Below, piece by piece: positions 25,530 to 37,200 of a DNA stretch of 64,000 nt (position 1 is the first letter of the stretch; every line of letters begins with the position of its first letter). This DNA comes from Anthoceros angustus (taxonomy: Eukaryota; Plantae; Anthocerotophyta): contig VJWM01000317.1 in NCBI GenBank assembly GCA_010909165.1, positions 13,304 through 77,303 of the forward strand, in the 5' to 3' direction. A program made the translations under genes and the position numbers. The notes below the pieces were generated by a model. It was not told where the DNA came from. It made no database searches and saw only the letters and a program-made list of their open reading frames with translations.

Positions 25530-26949
25530 GGAGTTGGAGGAAGAAATGGCAAAGGAGAAAGGCCATGAGGCGGTGGTGCATATGTTGGCGGAGGGGAGGG
25601 GAGATTTCGGCTGATTATGCCCTACAAGAGAGATTGATCCGCCAACCGCAATGAGAGGATGAGAATGTGGTTCTCCATGTCAAGACCGGTGAGCTGGCCT
25701 TGGAGCGAGATGCTTACAAAAGCAAGTGTGAGCATGGAGTATGGCTTGAGGATTATGAAGAATTGGAGATGGCACAACAACGATTTGCAGCCCATCTTCA
25801 CAACAAAGTGCTCAAGGCCACTAACGAGTTGTTGCGACTTGCTGAAAGGAGAATGTTGGGACCTCATGACGATGATAGGGAGGCCCTCATGCAAGTCCAA
25901 CCGGAAGCCTTAGACTTGGAGAGTGTCCCAAGCAGGTGGAGAAACTTCGCACTGGAGAAGCAAGAAGGGAGAAGCTGCATTGTGGAGAGAATCACCCTGT
26001 GAAGGGGTAAGGAAGAAGAAACGACTGGAGGAACTCCTACCGTGGTAGGAGGAGTTCCTACCGTGGTAGGAGGGACTCACCGTGGTAGGAGAAGGTCCCA
26101 CCATGGTAGGAGGGCCGGAAGAAGCATGATTCAAAGGTCGCTAGCATGGATTTGACGGGGAGGCGAGTACCTTGGCCCTTGTGAAGAAGGAAGAGGGGTT
26201 GATCTTGCGTGAATGGAGCAAGAATCACAAGGAGAAGACCAACCTCCCAACATGGGTGCAGAGTAAGGAGCTCACTTGCTCCACAAGTGAGAGGAAGAGG
26301 AGAAGTCGAGGATGAGCCACACTAAGAGAGCCCGGCTATTTTATTGGAGGAAGGAACTCAAGATAGGCATCAAGATAAGGAAGGGGATTCATAAGAAGTC
26401 CTTAAATTAGCTTGAAGACATGAACACGATAATATTCATACCGGCGGAATAAACAGGAAGCGGCTTTTGCAATGAATAAACTGGAAACCGGCGGGAACAT
26501 GGGAACGAAACGCCTGATCCTGCCATTTTCCAAAAAAAATGCTTCAAAATTACGGTTGCTTTGTGCGAAGCCGGATAATGTCATGACATAGGCTGGAAAG
26601 GGATATACAACCTCGATGGGCACACATTTGCCTTGAAATAATGCCCATACATGACTTTTACATTGGTGGCGTGAAGAGGGCACGAGAGGCCTCTTGCTAT
26701 TCATTCAAGACGTAAAGGGTATATGATTTTGGAAAAACCGCTTTTAATGAGGGAGTAATAACTATTGGAGATGACAATGAAAATTCAACATGCGCAAGTC
26801 CTGTTTCCATCTTCCAGAATCAAGACATGCAATTGCTTTCCATGCCTTTGGTGTGTGTTTTGTACCGCCGAGTCTCACCGCTTCATGGATGGGTGCTATC
26901 AAAGAAAAACAATCGCAAGGGGAACAAAAGTCTCCGAAGAGTGAGGAGA

Positions 26950-27700
26950 TTGACTTACCTTAGAGAGAACTTTTGGACGCATGGACTCGAAATTCCGCCT
27001 TGACAAACATCGAAACATATGGATATTGAACTGCGGGGAGGTATTGTCAATGGGCGCCGGCATGCCGCGCCTCCACTATCTATATTTTCTACAAACGGTA
27101 GAAACAAGTGACTTACCTTGGAGAACTCGTGGGCGCATGGCCCCGAAATGCCGTCCCGCCGACAAAGCGTTGTAACATATGCGGAGTGGCTGTAGGCGGT
27201 GTAAGCAGAGGCCGGCATGCAGCGCCTCCACCTTATGACAGAAACAAGTGACTTACCTTGGAAAGAACTAGGGACACATGGACCCGAAATGCCGTCCCAT
27301 CCGACAAACGTTGAAACATATGAGGAGCGAATGCGGGCTAGGGTATTGTCGGAGGCGCATGCTGCCTCCACTATCTATATTTTCTACAAGCGAGAAACAA
27401 GTGACTTACCTTGCAGAACTCGTGGACGCATGGCCCCGCCAAATGCCATCCCTTCAAAACGTTTAAACACATGAGGAGTGAATCAAGGGAGGCGGTGCAT
27501 GCCGGCGCCCACCGCTTATACCGCTAAACGGTAGAAACAAGTGACTAACCTTGATGAACTAGGGAACACATGGACCATGAAATGCCATCCCATGTGACAA
27601 ATGTTCAAACATATTAGGAGTGAACTGCAAGCTAGGGTATTGTCAATGATGGCGCCATGCGGCGCCCACGGAATTTTGGAAGACAAGCGGTAGACCACGT
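26950..27700. repeat. Subterminal tandem repeat, ~5 units of ~145 bp
   Basis: (GAAACAAG)TGACTTACCTTG-AGAACT at ~26951, 27101, 27241, 27393 and 27534, each followed by GxxCxCATGGxCCxGAAATGCC and a GGCATGCC-like motif. Confidence 0.85.
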
Positions 27701-27869
27701 AAAAGCATGGACCCGAACGCCTTCATTACATAGCGACGTAAAAGCGTGCGACCGGTGTTCAGCCAACCTATCTAGTAATCGCCTCCGAGTATGAAACTGG
27801 AAGCCAACATACGCTAACTCTATCGTGAAAACAAAACCCTAAAATCTCTAGTCTTGGGACATCGAATTC

Positions 27870-30800
27870 CTTCGTCAACCAAAGGACATCCATCATCCAC
27901 TTCATGGTCATCCTCCTCTCCAGCGCAGATAAGGTCGCTTTGATTCATTCTATCTCGAATAGCCTTCTTGTCGGAGCGTAAAGGTGCTTTCTTGCATTGA
28001 GGTTGAACCCATAATAGAGAATAATAGTCTTATTCACAAATAGTTTCGAATGTTTTGGGTAAATTTCTCTTTCCCACTCTCTTCCCATTTCGCGATTGTC
28101 GATTGTCTGGTCCTCTAACAAAGAACTCCTCAACATATTTCCCTTCAAAAGCATCACTGTGCTCAGTCCTGTACCAGTGGACCATAAGAAATGGGTTCGC
28201 ACAATCGAAGTCTACGCTTTCCACCTTCCCAATCCAGAAAGCCCTGTTATGTGTATCTCCTGAGCATGGAGTTGCAATGAACATGCCCTTCCTTATCTCT
28301 TTGACATCTCCATTCATCCTTTCTATTTCTTGATGTTGTCGACTTGCATTCTGGTGAGCTCCCAAATACATATCCCGTTGAGGAACTTCTCTTAGTAATG
28401 CTTCATCAAGCACAACCTCCTCCGGCACTTGAAGTGGCGGCATGTGCCTCCACCTCTTCTCTGTACCACCTCCACGGTTGTTTAAGCACTAGAGCAATAT
28501 TGTTCTCCACAATAGTGGCAATTCCTTCCTGGTCGACCCAAAACAACCTCCACCACACCCTCTCCGATGGCGTGATATACGTCGCCAAGTTCAGTAAGCC
28601 ATGCTTCAAGTGCGCCACACCTGCCGTTGGTGAAAGACCTCCATCTTGACCCTTTTTGTCTCTCGCCTTCAGCGGCATGAGGGGAGTGGGGCGTACGGTG
28701 GTTGATGGAACAAATTTCAAAAATTCCAAACCATCTTCTGATTCCCATTGAGGGGATGTTGAGTACTGCTTACTTCGAATGACCGTAACTTGACCTCGGT
28801 CCTGTCGTTCCTCTCTCGTGATTTTAAATTGATGTTGGAAGGAAAGATTATTCAAGCGTTCAGCCGCCTTGTATGCATATCCTCTCGTCCCTTCTTAATG
28901 GGCCATACATAAGACCAATCACCACCTCTGTTATTACTTTAACTTCCGTTGGGGTGAAAGCCTGTCAAAATCTCCGAAAGTGTATCAATAGTAAACGCTT
29001 CTTTGTGCCTAAGAAGCTTGAGAAACAAGAAAACATTTGATCAACGATCATGGGTATGACCAACCAATAGGAACCCAACCTTTATTTTAACACACGAAGG
29101 TCGATGAGCATATTTAGATGCGAATAGTAGCTGGTTCTTGTTCTCGCAAGTATTATCAAGTGAGGTAAAGAACTTTAGGAAGCACCCTTCGTAAGAAAAT
29201 ATGACATCCTGAATTATATGGATAGTGAGATTGGCGTCGTTGTGCAGATTAGCGTAGTGTAAATATGCCCTGGCCTTGAAAGTGTAATTATGTATCATAC
29301 ATCCCACCACATGAACATTAATAAGTGATGCCTCTGCCAACTCTTTGGGATAACGGAGGAAATGAGGGAGCTCTGTCTTCTTCTGGTCCATGCCATCGAT
29401 AGCAAGCTGCATATACTTGTGGGGCTGACTATAACTTTTGGACCGATGTTTTGCTGCTTTGTCTCTCTCATTGCTTAGTCGCACCCTGTGTGATGCCAAA
29501 GCTCCTTCGTAAACCTCTGCAAAAATGGAGCGACAGTATTATATCAGACAGTATTGTTGCACAACGTCTACACTAACATGAACATGGGTGCGTTAATCTC
29601 TCGGGGCGGCATGCACCCCCCGGACCGACATGCGGAAAAGCTTTGGGGGCACACCGCCTCGGCGCCCAGGCGCAGGCCGGCGGCCGCCCTGCATGTCTTG
29701 AAGGGTCTGGGCCCCGGTACAATGGAAGCACTCTTCCGCCTACAGCAACCTATGTGAGTCTTGCACATTGGTATCTACATTGCCACACCTCTGCGACAAG
29801 CGAGGCGCAAGCCAGGTGGCCCACCTTTTAAGAAGCCACATATGCATATACACTACAGGACATGTAAGCAGGCGTCATGCATCCTTCCAAAATGGTTCTT
29901 AGAAACTATGCACATCCCGGCAGGATATGAAGAACAAACCTTGGTACGCTTTCTGGAAGTGTTCCGGATGGTGCGCTTGATCCTTCACATAAAGAGCAAG
30001 TGGAAAACCTATTAGACTTTGGAATCCTAACCTTGGGAAGTTGGTCCTCCAGGGTCGGAAAATAGGGATAGACACGAGCGCATACTAGACCGTGTCATAT
30101 CCGGCGATCTGGCCCGGATCTCCAACTTTGAGAGGTGGAACACATCAACGTTTGGCAGCCTTTCCGCCTTGAAAGTGTAATTATGTATCATACATCCCAC
30201 CACATGAACATTAATAAGTGATGCCTCCCAACTCTTTGGGATAACGGAGGAAATGAGGGAGCTCTGTCTTCTTGGTCCATGCCATCGATAGCAAGTCGCA
30301 TATACTTGTGGGGCTGACTATAACTTTTGGACCGATGTTTTGCTTTGTCTCTCATTGCTTAGTCGCACTGTGATGCCAAAGCTCCTTCGTAAACCTCTGC
30401 AAAAATGGAGACGACACAGTATTATATCGAGACAGTATTGTTGCACAACGTCTACACTAACATGAACATGGGTGCGTTAATCTCGGGGGGCGCGGCATGC
30501 GGCCTCCCGGACCGACATGCGGAAAAGCTTTGGGGGCACGGCCTCCGCCCGAGGCGCTTTGAGGGGGTCGCGGCTGCCGTGGCCGTGCATGTCTTGAAGG
30601 GTCTGGGACAATGGAAGCACTCTTCCGCCTACACCAACCTATGTGAGTCTTGCACATTGGTATCTACACACCTCTGCGACAAGCGGGGCGCAGCCGGTGG
30701 CCCACCTTTTTGAAGCCACATATGCATATACACTCACTTGCAGACATGTAAGCAGGCGATCATGCATCCTTCCATAAAATGGTTCTTAGAAACTATGCAC

Positions 30801-31800
30801 ATCCCAGCGGATATGAAGAACAAACCTTGGTGCCTGCGGAAGTGTTCGGATGGTGCGCTTGATCCTTCACATAAAGAGCAAGTGGAAAACCTATTAGACT
30901 TTGGAATCCTAACCTTGAAGTTGGTCCTCCGAGGGTCGAAAGGATAGGGACAGGCGCATACTAGACCGTGTCATATCCGGATCTGGAGATCTCCAACTTT
31001 GAGAACGTGTCCGGTGGAACACTGGAACACATCAACGTTTGGCAGCCTTTCCGCCATCTTGGCGTATCCATCCGCAGCGGCTCCCGGTGTGTAGATGGTT
31101 GTCGCGGATTCACTCTTGACCCATCCACGGTGCATTGCATAACACCACCTCTTCAACTCCTCGTACCTCTCGAGCCGATGCGGTATACTCTTGAAAAGCT
31201 TGCAAACAACACCGAATCGCGTCGCCCCATTATATGCGTGATGACCTTGTCCTTTTACGGTGGCACTAAGTCCACGACCGGAGGGATCAAGAAATGTCTC
31301 TCTCGCCCTCCCCATTCGCGATAACGTTGCTCATGGAAATTGGCCTTAGACATTGGTGGGCGCATTGCTTGTTGCGGCATGGCTTCGGAAGTCCGGTGAC
31401 AACGTCGGAGTCGCTCTTGACAAAGGAACTCCACTTGCCCGCCTTCTACGAACCACGGATTGCATGTCCGTGGCGCCACAAATGTTTCGCTCGGTGGTTT
31501 GGGGTGGAATGACCGTGCGTCGGGGCGGTCGCCTTCCTCTCTCACTAAAGGTGCATCGGCGAGGGTTTCGAGAACACCCTCCTTTCCTCAATTGGAAACA
31601 AACCCCGGCCTTGGCAGTGCGTGGGAACTATTCGGTTCTTCATGGCGGCCGTACTAGGACTCCGCTCCACGGTGAATACAAATTGATGTTCCTTGGTGTT
31701 GAGGAACACCGAGAATCCTTGGTGAGGTCTGGACCCGCTTCCTCCAACCTTCATGCAAGCGCGGCATTTGGTGACGATCGGGGGGAACTGGCCTCTTACA
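27870..31800 (-). pseudogene. DDE/D transposase, Sola/DUF7869-like (frameshifted in this assembly; intron at ~29520-29930; ~890-bp internal duplication)
   Basis: WRTNFPRLRIPKSNRFSTCSLC (~30050-29985); YMQLAIDGMDQKKTELPHF, LDNTC(R)ENKNQ and VGFLLVGHTHDRxDQMFS (29420-29025); HQFKIT...SKQYSTSPQW; C-terminal GMFIA...FWIGKV...VHWY. Boundaries approximate. Confidence 0.8.
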
Positions 31801-31808
31801 GTGTTGTT

Positions 31809-34055
31809 GGCATGCGTGAGGGAGAACTACCGCGAAATTAACATGACCATCTACTACCCACAAGCCATTTGGAGGCTGCGGTGTGTTGTGCGGCATCATC
31901 GGACAGGAGGATCGGACGCATTCAATCTTGCATTGCGTTTCCTTTTTCTTGCGGCGTCCGACTCTCGGTTGAAGCTGCGATGACAAGTCCTCCCTTCACC
32001 GCAACATGAAAGCGAAGTTTAGGCGGGAAGAACATCAAGGAACATTATTGCATGGAGTGCATTGGATACAACAAATATCGCTCACTTCACCGTCCATGCG
32101 GTGAGTCTCTGTAACATTCGCAGGCGATGCCACTTCACCCACGACACAAAGCAAGTGTGTTCTCCTGCAGAAAAGGGAAATATAACGTCAAGCCACCAAC
32201 TTCAACGTCACCGCACGAGAAAGGCTGCGCTCAATGCACAAGTTCTAGACCTATAACGGCAAACAATCGGTGCCATCGTAATGGCGCCGCCTCCGCCAAA
32301 GCGACACCACCATTAAGAGGTGTAGTTAGGACATTGTCCTAAAATGGAATTTATGCATTATATGCGTTCGCGAATCCATGGAGGTTACGGTGAGAAGCAA
32401 ATGAAGGGAACCCTAACTTCTTGTCGCGTATAAGGTCTTTAAAACCATTTCCCCACACTTGTCCACACGAAGCGGGCTTTCGTCCCCTTCAACTTTGTGG
32501 CTGCAGCGGACTCCTGCGGCGGGCGAGAGGGAGTGATTCAACGCTTGCGGTGGCATGCGTGAGGACGAACTACACGAAATTAACACGCGACCATCTACTA
32601 CCCACAAGCCATTTGGAGGCTGCGGTGTGTTGTGCGGCATCATCGGGGCGGAGGATCGGACGCATTCAATCTTGCATTGCGTTTCCTTTTTCTTGCGTCC
32701 TCTCGGTTGAAGCTGCGATGACAAGTCCTCCCTTCGCAACATGAAAGCGAAGTTTAGGGAGAAGAACATCAAGGAACATTATTGCATGGAGTGCATTGGA
32801 TACAACAAATATCGCTCACTTCATCCATGTGAGTCTCTGTAACATTCCGCGGCGATGCCACTTCACCCGACACAAGCGAAAGTGTGTTCTCCTGCGGAAA
32901 AGGGAAATATAACGTCAAGCCACCAACTTCAACGTCACCCGCGCACACGAGAAAGTGGCGCTCAATGCACAAGTTCTAGACCTATAACGGCAAACAATCG
33001 GTGCGCCATCGTAATGGCGCCGCCTCCGCCAAAGCGACACCACCATTAAGAGGTGTAGTTAGGACATTGTCCTAAAATGGAATTTATGCATTATATGCGT
33101 TCGCGAATCCATGGAGGTTACGGTGAGAAGCGGGCAAATGAAGGGGAACCCTAACTTCTTGTCGGGCGTATAAGGTCTTTTAAAACCATTTCCCCACACT
33201 TGTCCACACGAAGCGGGCTTTCGTCCCCTTCAACTTTGTGGCTGCAGCGGACTCCTGCGGCGGGCGAGAGGGAGTGATTCAACGCTTGCGGTGGCATGCG
33301 TGAGGGCGAACTACACGCATGCTGCGACCATCTACTACAAGCCATTTGGAGGCTGCGGTGTGTTGTGCGGCATCATCGGACAGGAGGATCGGACGCATTC
33401 AATCTTGCAGCGTTCCTTTTTCTTGCAGCGTCCGACTCTCGGTTGAAGCTGCGATGACAAGTCCTCCCTTCACCGCAACATGAAAGCGAAGTTTAGTGGG
33501 AGAAGAACATCAAGGAACATTATTGCATGGGTGCATTGGATACAACAAAGATCGCTCACTTCAGCATCCATGCGGTGAGTCTCTGTAACATTCGCGGACG
33601 ATGCCACTTCACCCGACACAAGCGAAAGTGTGTTCTCCTGCGAAAAGGGAAATATAACGTCCAAGCCACCAACTTCAACGCCACCCAACGCAGAAAAGGC
33701 GCCGCCGCTCAATGCACAAGTTCTAGACCTATAACGGCAAACAATCGATTGCACGCCATCGTAATGGCGCCGCCTCCAAAGCGACACCACCATTAAGAGG
33801 TGTAGTTAGGACATTGTCCTAAAATGGAATTTATGCATTATGTACGTTCGCGAATCCATGGAGGTTACGGCTGAGAAGCAAATGAAGGGGAACCCTAACT
33901 TCTTGTCCGGGCGTATAAGGTCTTTTAAAACCATTTCCCCACACTGTCCACAGGCACGAAACGGGCTTTACGTCCCCTTCAACTTTGTGACTGCAGCTGC
34001 GGACTCCTGCGAGCGGGCGAGAAGAGGGAGTGATTCAACGCTTGCCAGTGGATGC
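31809..34055. repeat. Tandem triplication of a ~745-bp unit between the two divergent transposon genes
   Basis: Units start GGCATGCGTGAGG at ~31809, 32552 and 33293; near-identical apart from small indels. Confidence 0.9.
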
Positions 34056-34201
34056 GCGTAGGGCCTTTGAGGATCATCCCCACGCAAGGAAGGAGGTGTT
34101 CTTCTCCCCAATTCGTTGCTTTCCACCTCGCAAAGTGAGAACTCTAATACGTATGCTTTCAGTTGGTTGATGCGCGTCCGCGTTCCTTGTGGCAGGAAAT
34201 C

Positions 34202-37200
34202 ATGGCATCGGGGAGGGCTCTCCGGAGCAAGAAGGACCTAGCGGCGCCTACGCTTGAACCACCTTCCGAGATTGCGGCGGAAGAAACCAAGAAGAAGGCG
34301 ACTCGGAGGCGGGCGGAGGAAGTCGCGGATATGGCGGCGGCCGACAAGGGTGGTGGCGGCCAGGCGCCGCGGCAACAGCATCGCTGAGGCGGTAAGGATG
34401 TGGGTGGGCGGCGAAATCGAGCTCGGGAATTCAGCAAAAGCCAGCAACACAGGAGGCGAGGCGGGCCACGAAAGACAAGGAGGCTTGAAGGGGAAGAAAG
34501 CAACCCGATCCTGTGCCTTCGCCATACAACTTGGAAGAAACTATGCTCATCGGGCGCGACTAACTCAATCGATGCGATAATTGTCTAGGGAAGGAGTGGT
34601 TTTTTACCAGGCGGGCGGATGATCTTGACCATATGGACACATACAGTGGTTCTGAGGTTTGGACCAGCTAAGCCAAATCGGTGAGCAAGAGTTGGCTGGG
34701 TTGTATGGGCAAGCTGGATTGTCGCAGGGCGAATTCGAGGTCCTCCTTACAACAAAGCCACACCAAGCTGGATGAAATTCGCCCGTGCGGAGGAGTTCAA
34801 GGTTATCACCGTGGGCCTTGGGATGTTCAAGCTTAAGAAGTGTTCCCGGATGTCGACAAGCGCCTTAGAGGCTAAGCAGAATCAACACGTATGGACGGTT
34901 GGCTAACATTGTTTTGTGCTTGAGCTGTGCTTTTCATTTCGCTTGTTGCTGCATGTAGCTGTGGGTTGGCTTATGAGTTTTGTGTGTCAACAGGCTGGGA
35001 GGGCTTTCTATAAGCAACTGTTTGCTTTTCTCACACAGTCTATCGTGGACCACCGGAGAGAAATGAGCATCGGCGAACCAGGCAGCCCTCCCAAAATCAC
35101 GACGAGGACCTCTCGGGCTCGGAGGAAGAGGCTGGGCCCGAAGATGAGCATGATGGACCATTGCCCGACATCCTTGGACAATCCGGCGAAGATGATGGAA
35201 GAAGCGGGGATGACTTGGAAACCGAGGTTAGAGATGCGATTAATAATGGATTATGACATGCCTCGACTCTATGCTTGTGCCCCAGTCCCTTATAACCCGC
35301 CACAGTGAGCGCGGCATCTTGCGCCCGACTCCATTCAGGTGTGGGTCCGCCAACCCCTCGGCCGGGCATGGGTATGGATGTGGCGGGGAGCAAGGAAGAG
35401 GAGGGCGGCATGCGGCGCCTACGTGCGGTGTGGAGTCCTCCCAACCCCCATGCAGGCATGTTTATGGATGTGGCAGGAGCAAGGGAAGGGGTGGGCGCCG
35501 GCATGCCGGCGGCCCGACTCCTCATCCCACAGCAGGCGCCACCCTTCTACTATACCAGGTGCTATGAGAGCTATCGACCCAGCCGTTGGATTGTCGGGAG
35601 GGGCTGGAGGAAAGGCAAACGAAAGCGCACCAGGAACAGCAACCCGAACACGACACCCAAGTCCAGATGCAGCTGGTAATTTGTTGGCAGGCAACGAGCT
35701 AGTCATTTCCGATACAAGGCCGGGATCTGGAAAGAGGAAACAGAGTGCTGATGCAAGAGGATCTGAGCGCGAACGAGAGAGTTTGGAGCCCGAACATGGT
35801 AAAATACGGAAGAAAGCAAAGACTACGAACTATGTCACCAGAGAGACATTCCCAGTGCACCTTTCAGATGAAGAGAGGTTGGAATCTTCCTTCCACGAGG
35901 AGGACTACCTCACCCGAATTCGAGATCAGCTATGTCACGAAGAAGGTGGTCCGGAGGCTGTCTGGTGAAGCTGGAGAATCTGCGGCTGCCTCTTATCTAA
36001 CCCGGATCATGATTCGGCGTGTGGATGAAGCGTGGACTAATTATCCGCTCGCGTGATTGGAAAGGGCCGAGTTGAGGAGGGCGTATTGCCTTTGTGCATG
36101 ATTGATCCCAAGGAGTGTGATGATCTAGAGGACTGGTGGAAAAATTCGGGCAAAGAAATACATCATGGGTGTGTTAGGCGGGAACCACACATTTGCGGCA
36201 ATGCAACATTTGGCGGACATATCACCGATGAAAGAGCGTTTCAAATGGATAGAGGCACATGTGTATTGTGGGCGACCCACCAGAAATGAGGGTTTTGGCG
36301 GTGATCACAATACAATGTCGACAAGCGGAAGATGTCGTTCATAGAGCAAGTAAGATATCTCGAGATGAGCGCTTATAGCCAAGCGGGATGGCGTGCATAT
36401 GTCCATGAATTGGAAGTTCAACTGTATAAGGTATTGGGTCTTATCGAAGATGATGAAGGACGGAAGATGATGCCTACAAAGCAGAACAAGGTTGACAACG
36501 GGGCGCACATCTTGTGCATAGCGAAGTTGGAAGGAAGGGTATGGGAGAATGTGGACAAAATTTTTGCAAAGTGGGAGGCTTGTGACTTGCGGACGGAAGA
36601 AACATGTGGCGGATTGAGCAAAAGAGCAAAGGCAAGCGGAAGCGTGAAGAAAGCGAAACAAGTTGAGGGTATATTGGTGAAGCCCAAGGAGATGCAGACA
36701 AAGCCATGGCGTTGCTTTCAAGGTATTCTGCGGGGAGGCGGGCAGCAAATGCTTATTAGTGCCAGAAAGTTCTCACGGCCTTATGGATTTGAAGGAATGT
36801 CGGATGAAATTATATTGCGAAATTGCATATCATCCAAGTGGCCATGGCGAAGCACTTAGGATGTTCATCTTTTGAGATGGTGAGGCAAGAGTACCCACAA
36901 CATTCCACGAAGTAGTCGCGGGTTCAGGCTTTCGAGGGAAAGGTATGTTATCATACTCTCTTGTTTCTTAGAATCTTTATATGGTATGGGAGGAGGAGGA
37001 GGAGGGAGGCGCGGCATGCCGCCTCATGGGATGGCGCCGGCCTCGCCCGTCGAGGTTGGGTGGGGCGGCATGCCGCTCCTTCATCCCACAGCGCCACCCT
37101 TCTACTATACCGGTGCTATGAGCTATCGGCCGTTGGATTGTCGGGAGGGCTGGAGGAAAGGCAAGCAGCGCACCGAGGCAGCACCCGAACACGACACCCA

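Noticed and set aside
557-26400. The many 60-200 aa six-frame ORFs
   Set aside because: Mostly antisense or off-frame shadows of purine-rich, frameshifted retroelement coding sequence.
26950-27700. 145-bp periodic repeat as a CRISPR-like array
   Set aside because: The intervening sequences are homologous to each other, so this is a diverged tandem repeat rather than repeat-spacer.
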